This document shows positions 1 to 8,972 of a stretch of DNA of 64,000 nt, piece after piece; position 1 is the stretch's first letter, and each line of letters begins with the position of its first letter. Under the pieces are notes generated by a model. The model was not told where the DNA came from and did no database searches. It saw only the letters and a program-made list of their open reading frames with translations. Source of the DNA: a virus; the IMG/VR virus record IMGVR_UViG_3300027708_000032, positions 1-64,000 of that record; one strand, given 5' to 3'. The position numbers were made by a program, and so were the translations under genes.

Positions 1-119
1 GCTTTTTTATCAGCAGCCATATCTTTTTTAGAACCTTCTTTACTATGAGATCCTTTAGCATCCATTTTTTTATCATAAGAAGATTTCTCATAAGCAGCCA
101 TTCCCATTTTCTTTTTCAT
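1..119 (-). CDS. small Lys-rich protein (runs off window start)
   Basis: Manual translation MKKKMGMAAYEKSSYDKKMDAKGSHSKEGSKKDMAADKK...; abuts the next ORF. Confidence 0.7.
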   Translation of the reverse strand, partial: MKKKMGMAAYEKSSYDKKMDAKGSHSKEGSKKDMAADKK

Positions 120-123
120 GTTA

Positions 124-273
124 TTATTTTTTAGATTTAGCTTTTATTTTACGTTCTTGTTTAAGCATTTCAGGAGTGGGCTTTTTACCAGAACCTTTAG
201 CAGCTCTGATGTTATCCCACAATCCACGTTGTGATGTAGACCCATCTTTACGCTTAATCATTTGTTTAGCCAT
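124..273 (-). CDS. small basic protein, 49 aa
   Basis: Manual translation MAKQMIKRKDGSTSQRGLWDNIRAAKGSGKKPTPEMLKQERKIKAKSKK; tightly packed in operon. Confidence 0.75.
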   Translation of the reverse strand: MAKQMIKRKDGSTSQRGLWDNIRAAKGSGKKPTPEMLKQERKIKAKSKK

Positions 274-284
274 TGTAATAATAT

Positions 285-1223
285 TTAATTAAAGTCTGCT
301 GTTATATCTACCCAACCATCAGCAACTATCCATTTCTTAAATGAACTTATAGTAATATATGGTAGGTAACCATCGTCTACATTTATAAATATTCCACTAC
401 AGAAGAATACATCTTTACTAAGACCACCTATAGCTTCTATACCTGTAGGTCCTGTTAAGAATGTTTCACCAGCAGCTCTTATTGTTTCTGTAGCAGCTAC
501 CATTCTTTCCCCTGTTGTTGTTAATGCAGCAAGAGCAGTTTTAGTAGGAAACAATATATCAGTTAAAAGAAACTGTTGGTAATCATTTTCTGGAAAAGCA
601 ACAGATGGAAATGTAGGAGCTGATCCATTTGCTAACACCCATGTAACAGCTGCAAGTACAGCACCACATGAAGTGTTTTGTCCTGTCTGTCCTCTTCTAA
701 TTATAGAACCTACAGTACCATTACTAGATATACCAATATGTGGCATATTAAAAACAAATAAATGTCCTGTATCTGTAATGTGACTAGCATAAGCACCAAG
801 TCCAGTAATACCTGTATGAGGATAACCAGCTAAACCACCAGACATAAACGGTCCTAAAAAATTATTTAGTGATAAAGGATGTTGTCCTAAATTATCTACA
901 TTTAAAAAATTAGGAGCATTAACATCATCTGCACAAACTGATAAAGACATTAATGTATTATCAGGATTGTATCCTAAACCTTTTAAAAATCTTTTTATTT
1001 TTAAACCCATATCCTGAGCATATATTGCATTAGGATATACAGCATTAACTCTATCTGTATAAATGAATGGGTTATTATAATACTTGGCCTCATTCATCAC
1101 CTCTATCCAATCTCCAGTTTTTGGTGCCTTGTATGCAAATGTTAAAGAACCAGCTACTACAGCACCATCTGGTGTACGCAATACATAAGGTTTCTTGGGT
1201 TTGTTATTTCCGTTTCTAAACAT
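285..1223 (-). CDS. LCIB/LCIC-family (theta-type, beta-like) carbonic anhydrase with N-terminal extension
   Basis: Motifs SVCADDVN, GPFMSGGLAGYPHTGITGLGAYASH, PHIGIS...RRGQ, SCGA give the Cys/His/Cys Zn ligands of the LCIB family. Confidence 0.85.
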   Translation of the reverse strand: MFRNGNNKPKKPYVLRTPDGAVVAGSLTFAYKAPKTGDWIEVMNEAKYYNNPFIYTDRVNAVYPNAIYAQDMGLKIKRFLKGLGYNPDNTLMSLSVCADDVNAPNFLNVDNLGQHPLSLNNFLGPFMSGGLAGYPHTGITGLGAYASHITDTGHLFVFNMPHIGISSNGTVGSIIRRGQTGQNTSCGAVLAAVTWVLANGSAPTFPSVAFPENDYQQFLLTDILFPTKTALAALTTTGERMVAATETIRAAGETFLTGPTGIEAIGGLSKDVFFCSGIFINVDDGYLPYITISSFKKWIVADGWVDITADFN

Positions 1224-1224
1224 T

Positions 1225-1461
1225 TTATTTCTTTTTATAGGGGTTATCTTTATGCCATTTCTTAGTAGCAGCTACACCTTGTTTAACAGTTTTAGCTTTA
1301 GCTTTTTCTGTAAGATCTATAGTATCCCATTTACCTTTATCTGTAGATGGATGGTTTACCATAATATGACCTTGTTTACCTTTACCTATTCCTGTTGCAC
1401 TAGTCTTTTTATATATAACATGCTTCTCACCACCAGCTGAAACTTTAACCTTCTTAGCCAT
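1225..1461 (-). CDS. small basic protein, 78 aa
   Basis: ORF track; Lys-rich; directly adjacent to neighbours. Confidence 0.75.
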   Translation of the reverse strand: MAKKVKVSAGGEKHVIYKKTSATGIGKGKQGHIMVNHPSTDKGKWDTIDLTEKAKAKTVKQGVAATKKWHKDNPYKKK

Positions 1462-1462
1462 A

Positions 1463-1603
1463 CTATTTATTTTTAGCCATTTTTTTAAATGTCATAGCAA
1501 GAGCTTTTCTCTTGGGCGTACATGTGGCTTTAGTCATAGGAGTGCAATATCCTTTATGTGCTGGATTAACTGCTTTTTGTATCCACTTCTTATCTTTTGC
1601 CAT
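1463..1603 (-). CDS. small basic protein, 46 aa
   Basis: Manual translation MAKDKKWIQKAVNPAHKGYCTPMTKATCTPKRKALAMTFKKMAKNK; TAATG coupling with upstream ORF. Confidence 0.75.
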   Translation of the reverse strand: MAKDKKWIQKAVNPAHKGYCTPMTKATCTPKRKALAMTFKKMAKNK

Positions 1604-1770
1604 TATTTCTTTTTATTAAACTTATTAGCAAATTTCTTTTCTGCTCCTAGTTTCATAAAAGCAGCTTTACTATCAGCCTTACCTTTCATATAAGACTGGA
1701 TACCTTTATCTCCACAACCAGTACATGGTTGTTTCTTAGATGCTCCTCTTGTATTTGACTTAGCTTTCAT
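1603..1770 (-). CDS. small basic protein, 55 aa, with CxxC
   Basis: Manual translation MKAKSNTRGASKKQPCTGCGDKGIQSYMKGKADSKAAFMKLGAEKKFANKFNKKK. Confidence 0.7.
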   Translation of the reverse strand: MKAKSNTRGASKKQPCTGCGDKGIQSYMKGKADSKAAFMKLGAEKKFANKFNKKK

Positions 1771-1781
1771 TATTTATAATT

Positions 1782-2798
1782 TTACATGTTCCAATACTGT
1801 TCTACCTTCTTAGTAAGATCCATAAGAATCTCTTCATTTAAAGGGTTCTTAAGATATTCCAATACATCTGTAGCTGTTCTTCCCATTAGTACGCTCTTCT
1901 CAATATGCCAAATAAAACCATCAGCTTTAGTGGCAATTAACTTATAATAGTTACTATCTTTTACAATAGCTCTAATCTTAAGTGTTTCCATATCAAGATT
2001 AACGGCATCCAAAAACTTCTGTCCTGTTCTGCGTTTATCTTTATCTACAGACTCTCCGTTAATAAATTTATCCATGTTATCATAGATAATATCATTAGGT
2101 GTAGATTTCTTGTACTGGGTGCTATTAACATCTAGCACTTTAGCTATATAGAATAACTTGTTTTGGTTCTTATCAAATAACTTCTGAAGTTCTGAAAGAG
2201 CTTTATTTCTAAGCTTCTTAACTTCTGTATTAAGAGATGCTGTCTCTTCTATTCTATCTAAATAGAATTTTGTAGGTGTAGGTTTACTACGAGCTTCTTC
2301 TAAAGATCTAGATACTAATGAAAAACCACCAGCTTCTATAGCATATAATCTAATAAGATCATATGGATCTTTTTCTGGATCTAAATGTAATGGAGCATTA
2401 CTACATCTAACTTTAATTTTATCCCAGAACTCTCCATTATCATGTCTAAGTAGTTTTATTTTATTCCAAAACTCTTTATCTTCTGGATCTACTACATTAC
2501 CTGCAAGTTCCTTTTCAAGCTGTGCTACTATAGTTCTAATCTGTTTAATCTTAGCTTCTTGCTCTTCTAAAGGAAGACTTTTAACTTCTGGAGCAAACTC
2601 GTTCAAGCCTGTCAAATATCTTTTTATTCCGTTAATCTCTAAACAAGCTATACTTTCTTCATGAAAAGCTCCGTCAAAAAGACTAAGTCCATACTTCTGA
2701 AGTCCCATGTTTTCTACAGCAGCATCAAAATAAGGACGAATAGCTATTGTTGACTTTTTGTTTTGTGGGTATTTCTCCACCATTACTAAGTTACTCAT
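1782..2798 (-). CDS. conserved crAss-like protein downstream of MCP (putative virion protein)
   Basis: 338 aa; position in the crAss-like head module. Confidence 0.55.
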   Translation of the reverse strand: MSNLVMVEKYPQNKKSTIAIRPYFDAAVENMGLQKYGLSLFDGAFHEESIACLEINGIKRYLTGLNEFAPEVKSLPLEEQEAKIKQIRTIVAQLEKELAGNVVDPEDKEFWNKIKLLRHDNGEFWDKIKVRCSNAPLHLDPEKDPYDLIRLYAIEAGGFSLVSRSLEEARSKPTPTKFYLDRIEETASLNTEVKKLRNKALSELQKLFDKNQNKLFYIAKVLDVNSTQYKKSTPNDIIYDNMDKFINGESVDKDKRRTGQKFLDAVNLDMETLKIRAIVKDSNYYKLIATKADGFIWHIEKSVLMGRTATDVLEYLKNPLNEEILMDLTKKVEQYWNM

Positions 2799-2865
2799 GT
2801 TTGGTTTTTGGTTTTTTATATATAGATTATCGGAAATACTCCGATAATAGTCTAACTATTTTACA

Positions 2866-2929
2866 TTGAACCTAATAAAGGTTTTGAGCCTTTCACATGA
2901 TCAGTGTGGTGTGTCTACACACAATAGGT
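2866..2929 (-). ncRNA. tRNA-like four-way-junction element (GAT in anticodon-like loop)
   Basis: Minus strand reads ACCTATT GTGTG-TAGA-CACAC CACA-CTGATCA-TGTG AAAGG-CTCAAAA-CCTTT ATTAGGT TCAA. Confidence 0.55.
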
Positions 2930-2950
2930 GGGAGGGGATGAAATAAATAA

Positions 2951-2976
2951 GTAGAGGATCTTACGGGACCCTCTAC
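2951..2976 (-). terminator. hairpin / probable terminator with CCGTAA loop
   Basis: GTAGAGG...CCTCTAC stem followed by TTATTTATTT on the minus strand. Confidence 0.5.
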
Positions 2977-2984
2977 AAATTTTA

Positions 2985-3128
2985 TTATTTCTTTTTCTTC
3001 ATTCCAACTGCTGTAGACATTACTACACCTTTTCCTGCATTCATACCAACCTTAACACCTTTAGAGCCAGGTTTCATTTGAGCAGTTTTAGGAGCTACAG
3101 CTTTTGGAGTTTTTGGATTACCAGCCAT
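2985..3128 (-). CDS. small basic protein, 47 aa
   Basis: Manual translation MAGNPKTPKAVAPKTAQMKPGSKGVKVGMNAGKGVVMSTAVGMKKKK. Confidence 0.7.
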   Translation of the reverse strand: MAGNPKTPKAVAPKTAQMKPGSKGVKVGMNAGKGVVMSTAVGMKKKK

Positions 3129-3164
3129 TGTTTTATATTTAAATTGTGATTAAACTATATAATG

Positions 3165-3198
3165 ACCTGCTAGCAGTTCTTACGGTATGCTAGCAGGT
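3165..3198 (-). promoter_or_regulatory. 11-bp stem hairpin directly after the MCP stop
   Basis: ACCTGCTAGCA/TGCTAGCAGGT; loop contains CCGTAAGA; no U-tract. Confidence 0.5.
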
Positions 3199-3208
3199 AC
3201 TGTTATAA

Positions 3209-4828
3209 TTAGAATGAACCACCAGTAACTGGGTTTCTCATAACGATCTTCAACACTTTGGTTGGATCTTTAACCCAGATAGCAGGCATTGTTTGTGTCA
3301 TGAACACACGGTATCCATTAAAGTTTCCAGAAGACTGGAACCCTTGAGTTCTACCCATGTAATCCATAGTACCATTTTGATAGAACCACTTTAATTGATT
3401 ATCCCAAGATAACTTCAATAAGAAGATGTTATCGTTAGTATTATCAGTGATATCAAAAATGATAAAGTTGTAAGAAGATAATGGGAAACCATCAATGATT
3501 GGGTTCTCAATATCATTAGTGTGGATGTTATCAAACGCTGGGTTCAACACAAACTTAACGTTAGCCAAGAACGGAATAACGTAGCTAGTGTATGCAAATC
3601 CAAAGTTTAGATCCATGCCTTTACCAGTTACAGCTCCAAGCTCATGAGCATTAAGAACTAAACCAGAGTTAACTGCCTCTTTCTTAATAGCCTCGTTAAC
3701 AAGCTTCATACCACCCATACCTGTTTGAACAATCAAAGAACGGTTAGGCTCTGGTCCTTGGAACTCCACACGACCATTGAAGAAGTTAAAGATTTCAGAT
3801 TTAAACAAGTCTAAGTTAAATGAACCACGGTTGTAAATTCTCTTGTAAGAATTATCCAACTGCTTCCAAAGACCTACAGACAAACGGATATCATCTGGAC
3901 CATCTTGCTTAATACGTCCACCTTGTCCCCACATTAAGTAGGTCTCAATGTCATTAGCAATCTTAGTCAAGTGAGCTGCTTCTAAAGTAGTCAAGAATGA
4001 ACGTGACAACTGACCATTAGCATAAGCCTTCTTAACATAGTCTTTACCCATCTTCTCAGCCATTGTTTCCAAGTTGGTGATAGAAGGATCAAGAGTTTTG
4101 TCAAAGTTTCTCCACATTTCTACTACTGGTACAGTACCATCAGCTTTCATACCACCCTTCATCATCAAGTCAGCACGACTAGAGATAGAATAGTGTACGT
4201 GAGCTTCTGCTCCTCCTACATAGTTGTAGAACTCACGGAAACCAGCAGATACATTACCAATGTCAGAAAAACGCTCACCATACTCTCCACGAGCCGAACC
4301 TTTACGGAACAACTTGGTACCAGTAGTGATGTAAGCATTAGATAAAAACTTGTTGTTATCATTATTAACCAACTGAACAGTGTAGATGAAACCATCACCA
4401 GCTGGAATAACATCATCAGCAGTAACGTACATTTCCACACCATTGTACTTATCATAAGTGATGATATCACCATGACCAAAGTAACGTTTGTTAATCTTGA
4501 TCTTAAAAGTTTGACCGTCAATACCTTTTGTAGCATTGCCTGACTCAATATCTTCTAAGAAATAAGGAAGATCCTGAGCTACAGGAATCTGCCATTTGTA
4601 CTCTCCACGAGCGTTATCTACCATGATAACGTTCTTACCACCAAAAGATGACATTTGGTACAAAGGCATTTCTACTTTTTGTGCCATTGCCCAAAGATCC
4701 ACTGGACCTAAATCTGTAGGCTCAGCTGATTTAAGGAGGTTAGAAAGGTGGTAAGAGTCTACGTGCGAACTAGTCTGATAGTTATTATCACGCAGGAATA
4801 TACCATTGTTTAAAACTGGGGTTGCCAT
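3209..4828 (-). CDS. major capsid protein (crAss-like)
   Basis: 539 aa; position in TerL-portal-X-MCP order; high-expression codon bias; crAss-type MCP segments (LMWGQGG, GLWKQL, C-terminal IWVKDPTK). Confidence 0.85.
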   Translation of the reverse strand: MATPVLNNGIFLRDNNYQTSSHVDSYHLSNLLKSAEPTDLGPVDLWAMAQKVEMPLYQMSSFGGKNVIMVDNARGEYKWQIPVAQDLPYFLEDIESGNATKGIDGQTFKIKINKRYFGHGDIITYDKYNGVEMYVTADDVIPAGDGFIYTVQLVNNDNNKFLSNAYITTGTKLFRKGSARGEYGERFSDIGNVSAGFREFYNYVGGAEAHVHYSISSRADLMMKGGMKADGTVPVVEMWRNFDKTLDPSITNLETMAEKMGKDYVKKAYANGQLSRSFLTTLEAAHLTKIANDIETYLMWGQGGRIKQDGPDDIRLSVGLWKQLDNSYKRIYNRGSFNLDLFKSEIFNFFNGRVEFQGPEPNRSLIVQTGMGGMKLVNEAIKKEAVNSGLVLNAHELGAVTGKGMDLNFGFAYTSYVIPFLANVKFVLNPAFDNIHTNDIENPIIDGFPLSSYNFIIFDITDNTNDNIFLLKLSWDNQLKWFYQNGTMDYMGRTQGFQSSGNFNGYRVFMTQTMPAIWVKDPTKVLKIVMRNPVTGGSF

Positions 4829-4856
4829 AGGGCTTAAAATTTAAGGGTTAATAAAA

Positions 4857-6107
4857 TTATCGTTTAAAAATATTTTGTGGTCTAGCTATTTTTCTAGACT
4901 TTGTTTGTTCTTCTTCTTCATATGTAGAAGCATACTTACGAGACTGTTCTGTTTTGAGCTGTCTCACTGTTTGTTCTACTGCTGCATTCTTTCCCTGTTT
5001 TCTTAAAGAATCTCTATAATCATCAGGGTTAGATAGTAACCAAAGAGCTTCTGCAATCAATGGATAGTTAGGTTCTACAAACTGATACTTCTCTAAAAGG
5101 TGTCCCAACAAGTTAGTTGGTTTACCAGATATAGAAGGATACTGAGGTTGAACCAATCCACTATATAACTGAGCTTGAACTTTTTTATCTAGTTTCAGTC
5201 CGTTAATTTCTGCAGGTCTAAGAGCTTCAAAGACATTCTTCATGTACGCATCTGCTGCGTTTTCTTGTTGTTGTCTTTTATATTCTTGTTCAGCTAACTG
5301 AGCTTGAACAATCTGTTCGTGCATAGAATCAAGCTTTGGCTTAAACTGCTTAGCTTTCTTTTCAAGTACACCAAGATCTTTCCATGTTACAACTTCTTCT
5401 TCTATTTCTTCAGGAGATCCAAAGTTTGTAGCTTGTAAATATTGTCTAACAATGAACTCTTGATCATTATCATCTCTAGGATCCATTTCTCTTACAGCTT
5501 CCACTTGAGCTAAAGCAGCAAATAATCCTTTAAGATCAGAACCACCATCTGCTACATATTTAGCAGCATATTGTAATTCTTCTGGAAGACTTTGAAAGAA
5601 CTCAGCTGGTGTTGATGCAGCCACCTCTTGTTTAAGATTATCTACATTAGCTTTCCAAAGTTCTTCTACGTCTTTTTCTCCAAGACCACCAAGATACTCA
5701 TCTAATGATTGTTTACCTTCATCGTAGTCATCAAAAGCAAACATCTCTTTAGACTCTATCCGTTTTTTTAAGAACTCTACCAATCCAGACTTTTCAGTCT
5801 TTGGTCTACCACCCTTTCCTTTAACTTCATCATCAAATGATTCTGGGGCTACCCCTTCATCTAAAATATCTGTAAGAAGTTCTTTTGCTGTTTCACGTGA
5901 AACTTCTTTTTCTTTTTCTTCTACACCTTTTTGAGATCCATCAGGATCTAAAAAAGAAAGATCAGCTCCTTTCTTTGTAAAGATGTTTGGTTTAATCTCT
6001 GTAGGTTCCCCAGACGGTGTTACAATACTATCGGCTCCAGGAGCTCCAGAAAATAAACTGTCAATGTCAAGGTCTATCTGTTGTACAGATGTTTGGTTAT
6101 CAATCAT
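4857..6107 (-). CDS. conserved acidic helical protein between portal and MCP (putative scaffold)
   Basis: 416 aa; acidic N-terminus, coiled-coil; conserved crAss-like gene order. Confidence 0.6.
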   Translation of the reverse strand: MIDNQTSVQQIDLDIDSLFSGAPGADSIVTPSGEPTEIKPNIFTKKGADLSFLDPDGSQKGVEEKEKEVSRETAKELLTDILDEGVAPESFDDEVKGKGGRPKTEKSGLVEFLKKRIESKEMFAFDDYDEGKQSLDEYLGGLGEKDVEELWKANVDNLKQEVAASTPAEFFQSLPEELQYAAKYVADGGSDLKGLFAALAQVEAVREMDPRDDNDQEFIVRQYLQATNFGSPEEIEEEVVTWKDLGVLEKKAKQFKPKLDSMHEQIVQAQLAEQEYKRQQQENAADAYMKNVFEALRPAEINGLKLDKKVQAQLYSGLVQPQYPSISGKPTNLLGHLLEKYQFVEPNYPLIAEALWLLSNPDDYRDSLRKQGKNAAVEQTVRQLKTEQSRKYASTYEEEEQTKSRKIARPQNIFKR

Positions 6108-6216
6108 AATGTTTGGTTTTTTGTTTATCTCTACAGTAAAAATATACTAATTTAAACTATAAAAATTTAAAATTATTTCTTTGAAATATCAAAGCAACGG
6201 ATTATAGAGCTATAAT

Positions 6217-8967
6217 TTATTTCTTTTTTTCCGCTGGCTTCTTTACGTCATACTTATTTTTATTTTCTCTAGCAATCTGTAATTGCTTATCAGCTATTTC
6301 TTTTTGTGTCTGAAGTCTACGTTCTTCTACATTAAGCTTTTGCTGAGTCATCATGGTCTTATTAGTTTCCTGATCTCTTTTAAGATTCATTTGATCTTGG
6401 TGTTGTTGATCAGCTCTAATATTTTCTAAAGCATCCATATAGTCAGACTGCTTATTTTCATTAATATCTACAGTGGAACCATAGCCAGCTGCTTTAATTT
6501 GTGCTTCTTCTATCTTAGCATCTCTATCTTTCTGGTTTTCCTCAGCTTCAAACTGTTGAGCCATCTGCATTTGTTGTTGCTGAGCCTGAAGCTGTTCTTG
6601 TTGCATCTGCTGCTGTTGCTGCATTTCAGCTTGTTTCTGAGCCTGCATTTTTTCTTCAGACTTCTTAAGAACACCAGTAAGTTCAGCAATACTCTCAGAC
6701 TTAATAACATTACCAAGATCATATATAGAAGCACCCATTGTGTTATTCTGTATAGCCAATTGCTTTAGTTGTTCTAATATAGCTCTAGAATTAGTCTTAG
6801 TGGTGCAGAATATATTAAGATCTCTCATCAAAAGATCTGTACCATTCATCTGAAAGTTTACTTTTTCGTCTGTACTTGTAATATACTGAAGACGCACACT
6901 AGGTTTTGTAGAATGATAATACTGAGCCAAGTCAGTACGCATCTGATGTACGCGAGGCATTAGGTTGTCACTATGCTGTACAAAGTATTGTTCTGTCTGA
7001 GCATAAGAAGCTGTCATAGCTTGTTCTATACCAGTGGCTGTTTGTTGTTGAGCAATAGGCTGACCCATACGTTGTTGATTAAGTCCTATTACAGCAAAAG
7101 CTTCATTCTTAAAATAGTTAGCCAACTGTATTCTAGACATTAAACGTTGTGTCTGTTCTAGATTTAACACTTGATAGTGTTGGAAAGATAGAGGATTTTC
7201 AGTGTTAGTAATAGTGGTATCCAATGGTAACATCTGAAAGTTCTTCATGGCTACATATGCCTTAGATAGATTGTTCTTTCCCCAATCTTCTCCTAATGAG
7301 TGACGTGGTAGGGCATTCTGATCTAACATGATAACAGTACCTAATTCATCTACTAAGATGTCAGCTATCTGATTATTTACAATATTATAACCAATCTGAA
7401 ATGGTTTCATTAAATCTACTAAACTTACTGATCTAGTATTTCTATCTCCAAATATACATCCCTCTACAGGAAGTTTACATCCATATATAGTGGAATCTCC
7501 TTTAAACTGAAAAGGTACACGTCCTGGTTTACCACCTTGTAAACCAAGATATATAGGATTGATACCTCCTGGATTATTCATACCCCAGAATGCAGGTCTG
7601 TTAGGACCAATTTTAATTCCACCCCAGGTTTCATTAATCCATATCCAATCTATATGCTCACCAAACATAAGATTGTCTTTTGTTTTCTGTTTGTAAACTA
7701 CAGTGTTATACTGAGGAGCATCTGTTACTTTATAAGTTTCATCTACAATATCTTGTACAAGATCTCCGTCTTGAGTTATTTTAGTAAGATGGCCCACCTT
7801 TCTTTGACTCTTCCAATAAATTGTAGAAACACGTAACATGTATGACTTACCAAAATCTTGAAGATCTTCAGAGTCTGATAAAATCCATTGTACAATATCT
7901 CCGAACTGAGATCCAGCATCGTACAAAGAAGTAAACTGTCTATAAGCCAACGAAGGCATTTGTGTGTTCCATTCATGAGATCTAGTTGGGTCATAGTATG
8001 TACCATCATTTTGGTATCCTTGTATTGCATATCCTGCAGATCTAGCTGGATATATAGCTTCTAAAGCTTCCAACTGATCTTGGTTCATCATCCAACCAAA
8101 CTTATCTATAACATCTGATATAGACATCATATCCATTTTACCCACCCAGTTACCCTGAGATACATAACGAATGTCTGGAGATTTATGATAAAATGTAAGT
8201 AGAGGATTCCAAAGTTCCACCTCATAATCATCTTCTTTCATATCAAAATGCCAGAACTCTCTGTCTGTAATAAGCATATCTCTAAATGCTCTTTCCTCTA
8301 ACTCTTGCATTTTAAATCTTTCCTCATCTACAGTTTTTTGATGAGCAGCCCACTCTTCTATCATAGAACGATAATCTTTTTTAAAGAATTGTTCTAATTC
8401 TGGAAGTTGTTTTATAGCATCAGGAGACATAGCTTTTTGAGCTTCTTCTGATTTAATATCTTGACCTTGATCAATAAGCTGTATTCCTATTTTTCTTTCT
8501 GCATCTTTAACTAAAATGTCTTCTAACATCTTACGTTTCTCTTCCAACATCTCATTATAAGAAGTGTCATCAGTAGCTCTAAACATAATTTTAGAAGTAC
8601 GTTTAGAAAACTCATTTGTAAGAACATTAACTACACTTGGAATAATAGGATAGAACTTAAGCTCAAATGCTGATACGTCTTCTTTTGTAAGAGTGTCAAT
8701 AAGATCTGCCATTTCATTATCTTCCTCTACAATATAATCCTGTTTGTCTATAATACCTTTAGCTAGTTTATAGTTCTTCATCAAACGTCTAGCGTTTCTT
8801 CTTAACTGTTTCATTCCCTGAAACTCTAACCAATCAAGATTCCAAGCTCTCCACTCTTCATCTTTTTCTTTTTCTGATACAAACTGAAAAGGCTGTATAA
8901 GAGTACCCATCTTGTTGTACTCCACCTTGGCTCCTTTCTTAAGTTGTAGGGCGTTATATATCTGCAT
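6217..8967 (-). CDS. portal protein (crAss-like)
   Basis: 916 aa downstream of TerL; SLVDLMKPFQIGYNIV motif; Gln-rich coiled-coil C-terminus. Confidence 0.85.
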   Translation of the reverse strand: MQIYNALQLKKGAKVEYNKMGTLIQPFQFVSEKEKDEEWRAWNLDWLEFQGMKQLRRNARRLMKNYKLAKGIIDKQDYIVEEDNEMADLIDTLTKEDVSAFELKFYPIIPSVVNVLTNEFSKRTSKIMFRATDDTSYNEMLEEKRKMLEDILVKDAERKIGIQLIDQGQDIKSEEAQKAMSPDAIKQLPELEQFFKKDYRSMIEEWAAHQKTVDEERFKMQELEERAFRDMLITDREFWHFDMKEDDYEVELWNPLLTFYHKSPDIRYVSQGNWVGKMDMMSISDVIDKFGWMMNQDQLEALEAIYPARSAGYAIQGYQNDGTYYDPTRSHEWNTQMPSLAYRQFTSLYDAGSQFGDIVQWILSDSEDLQDFGKSYMLRVSTIYWKSQRKVGHLTKITQDGDLVQDIVDETYKVTDAPQYNTVVYKQKTKDNLMFGEHIDWIWINETWGGIKIGPNRPAFWGMNNPGGINPIYLGLQGGKPGRVPFQFKGDSTIYGCKLPVEGCIFGDRNTRSVSLVDLMKPFQIGYNIVNNQIADILVDELGTVIMLDQNALPRHSLGEDWGKNNLSKAYVAMKNFQMLPLDTTITNTENPLSFQHYQVLNLEQTQRLMSRIQLANYFKNEAFAVIGLNQQRMGQPIAQQQTATGIEQAMTASYAQTEQYFVQHSDNLMPRVHQMRTDLAQYYHSTKPSVRLQYITSTDEKVNFQMNGTDLLMRDLNIFCTTKTNSRAILEQLKQLAIQNNTMGASIYDLGNVIKSESIAELTGVLKKSEEKMQAQKQAEMQQQQQMQQEQLQAQQQQMQMAQQFEAEENQKDRDAKIEEAQIKAAGYGSTVDINENKQSDYMDALENIRADQQHQDQMNLKRDQETNKTMMTQQKLNVEERRLQTQKEIADKQLQIARENKNKYDVKKPAEKKK

Positions 8968-8972
8968 GATTA

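Noticed and set aside
4216-4548. Alternative-frame and antisense ORFs within long genes (also 6499-10129, 41162-41456, 59833-60156 and others)
   Set aside because: Shadows of biased codon usage in real genes; no motifs or initiation signals
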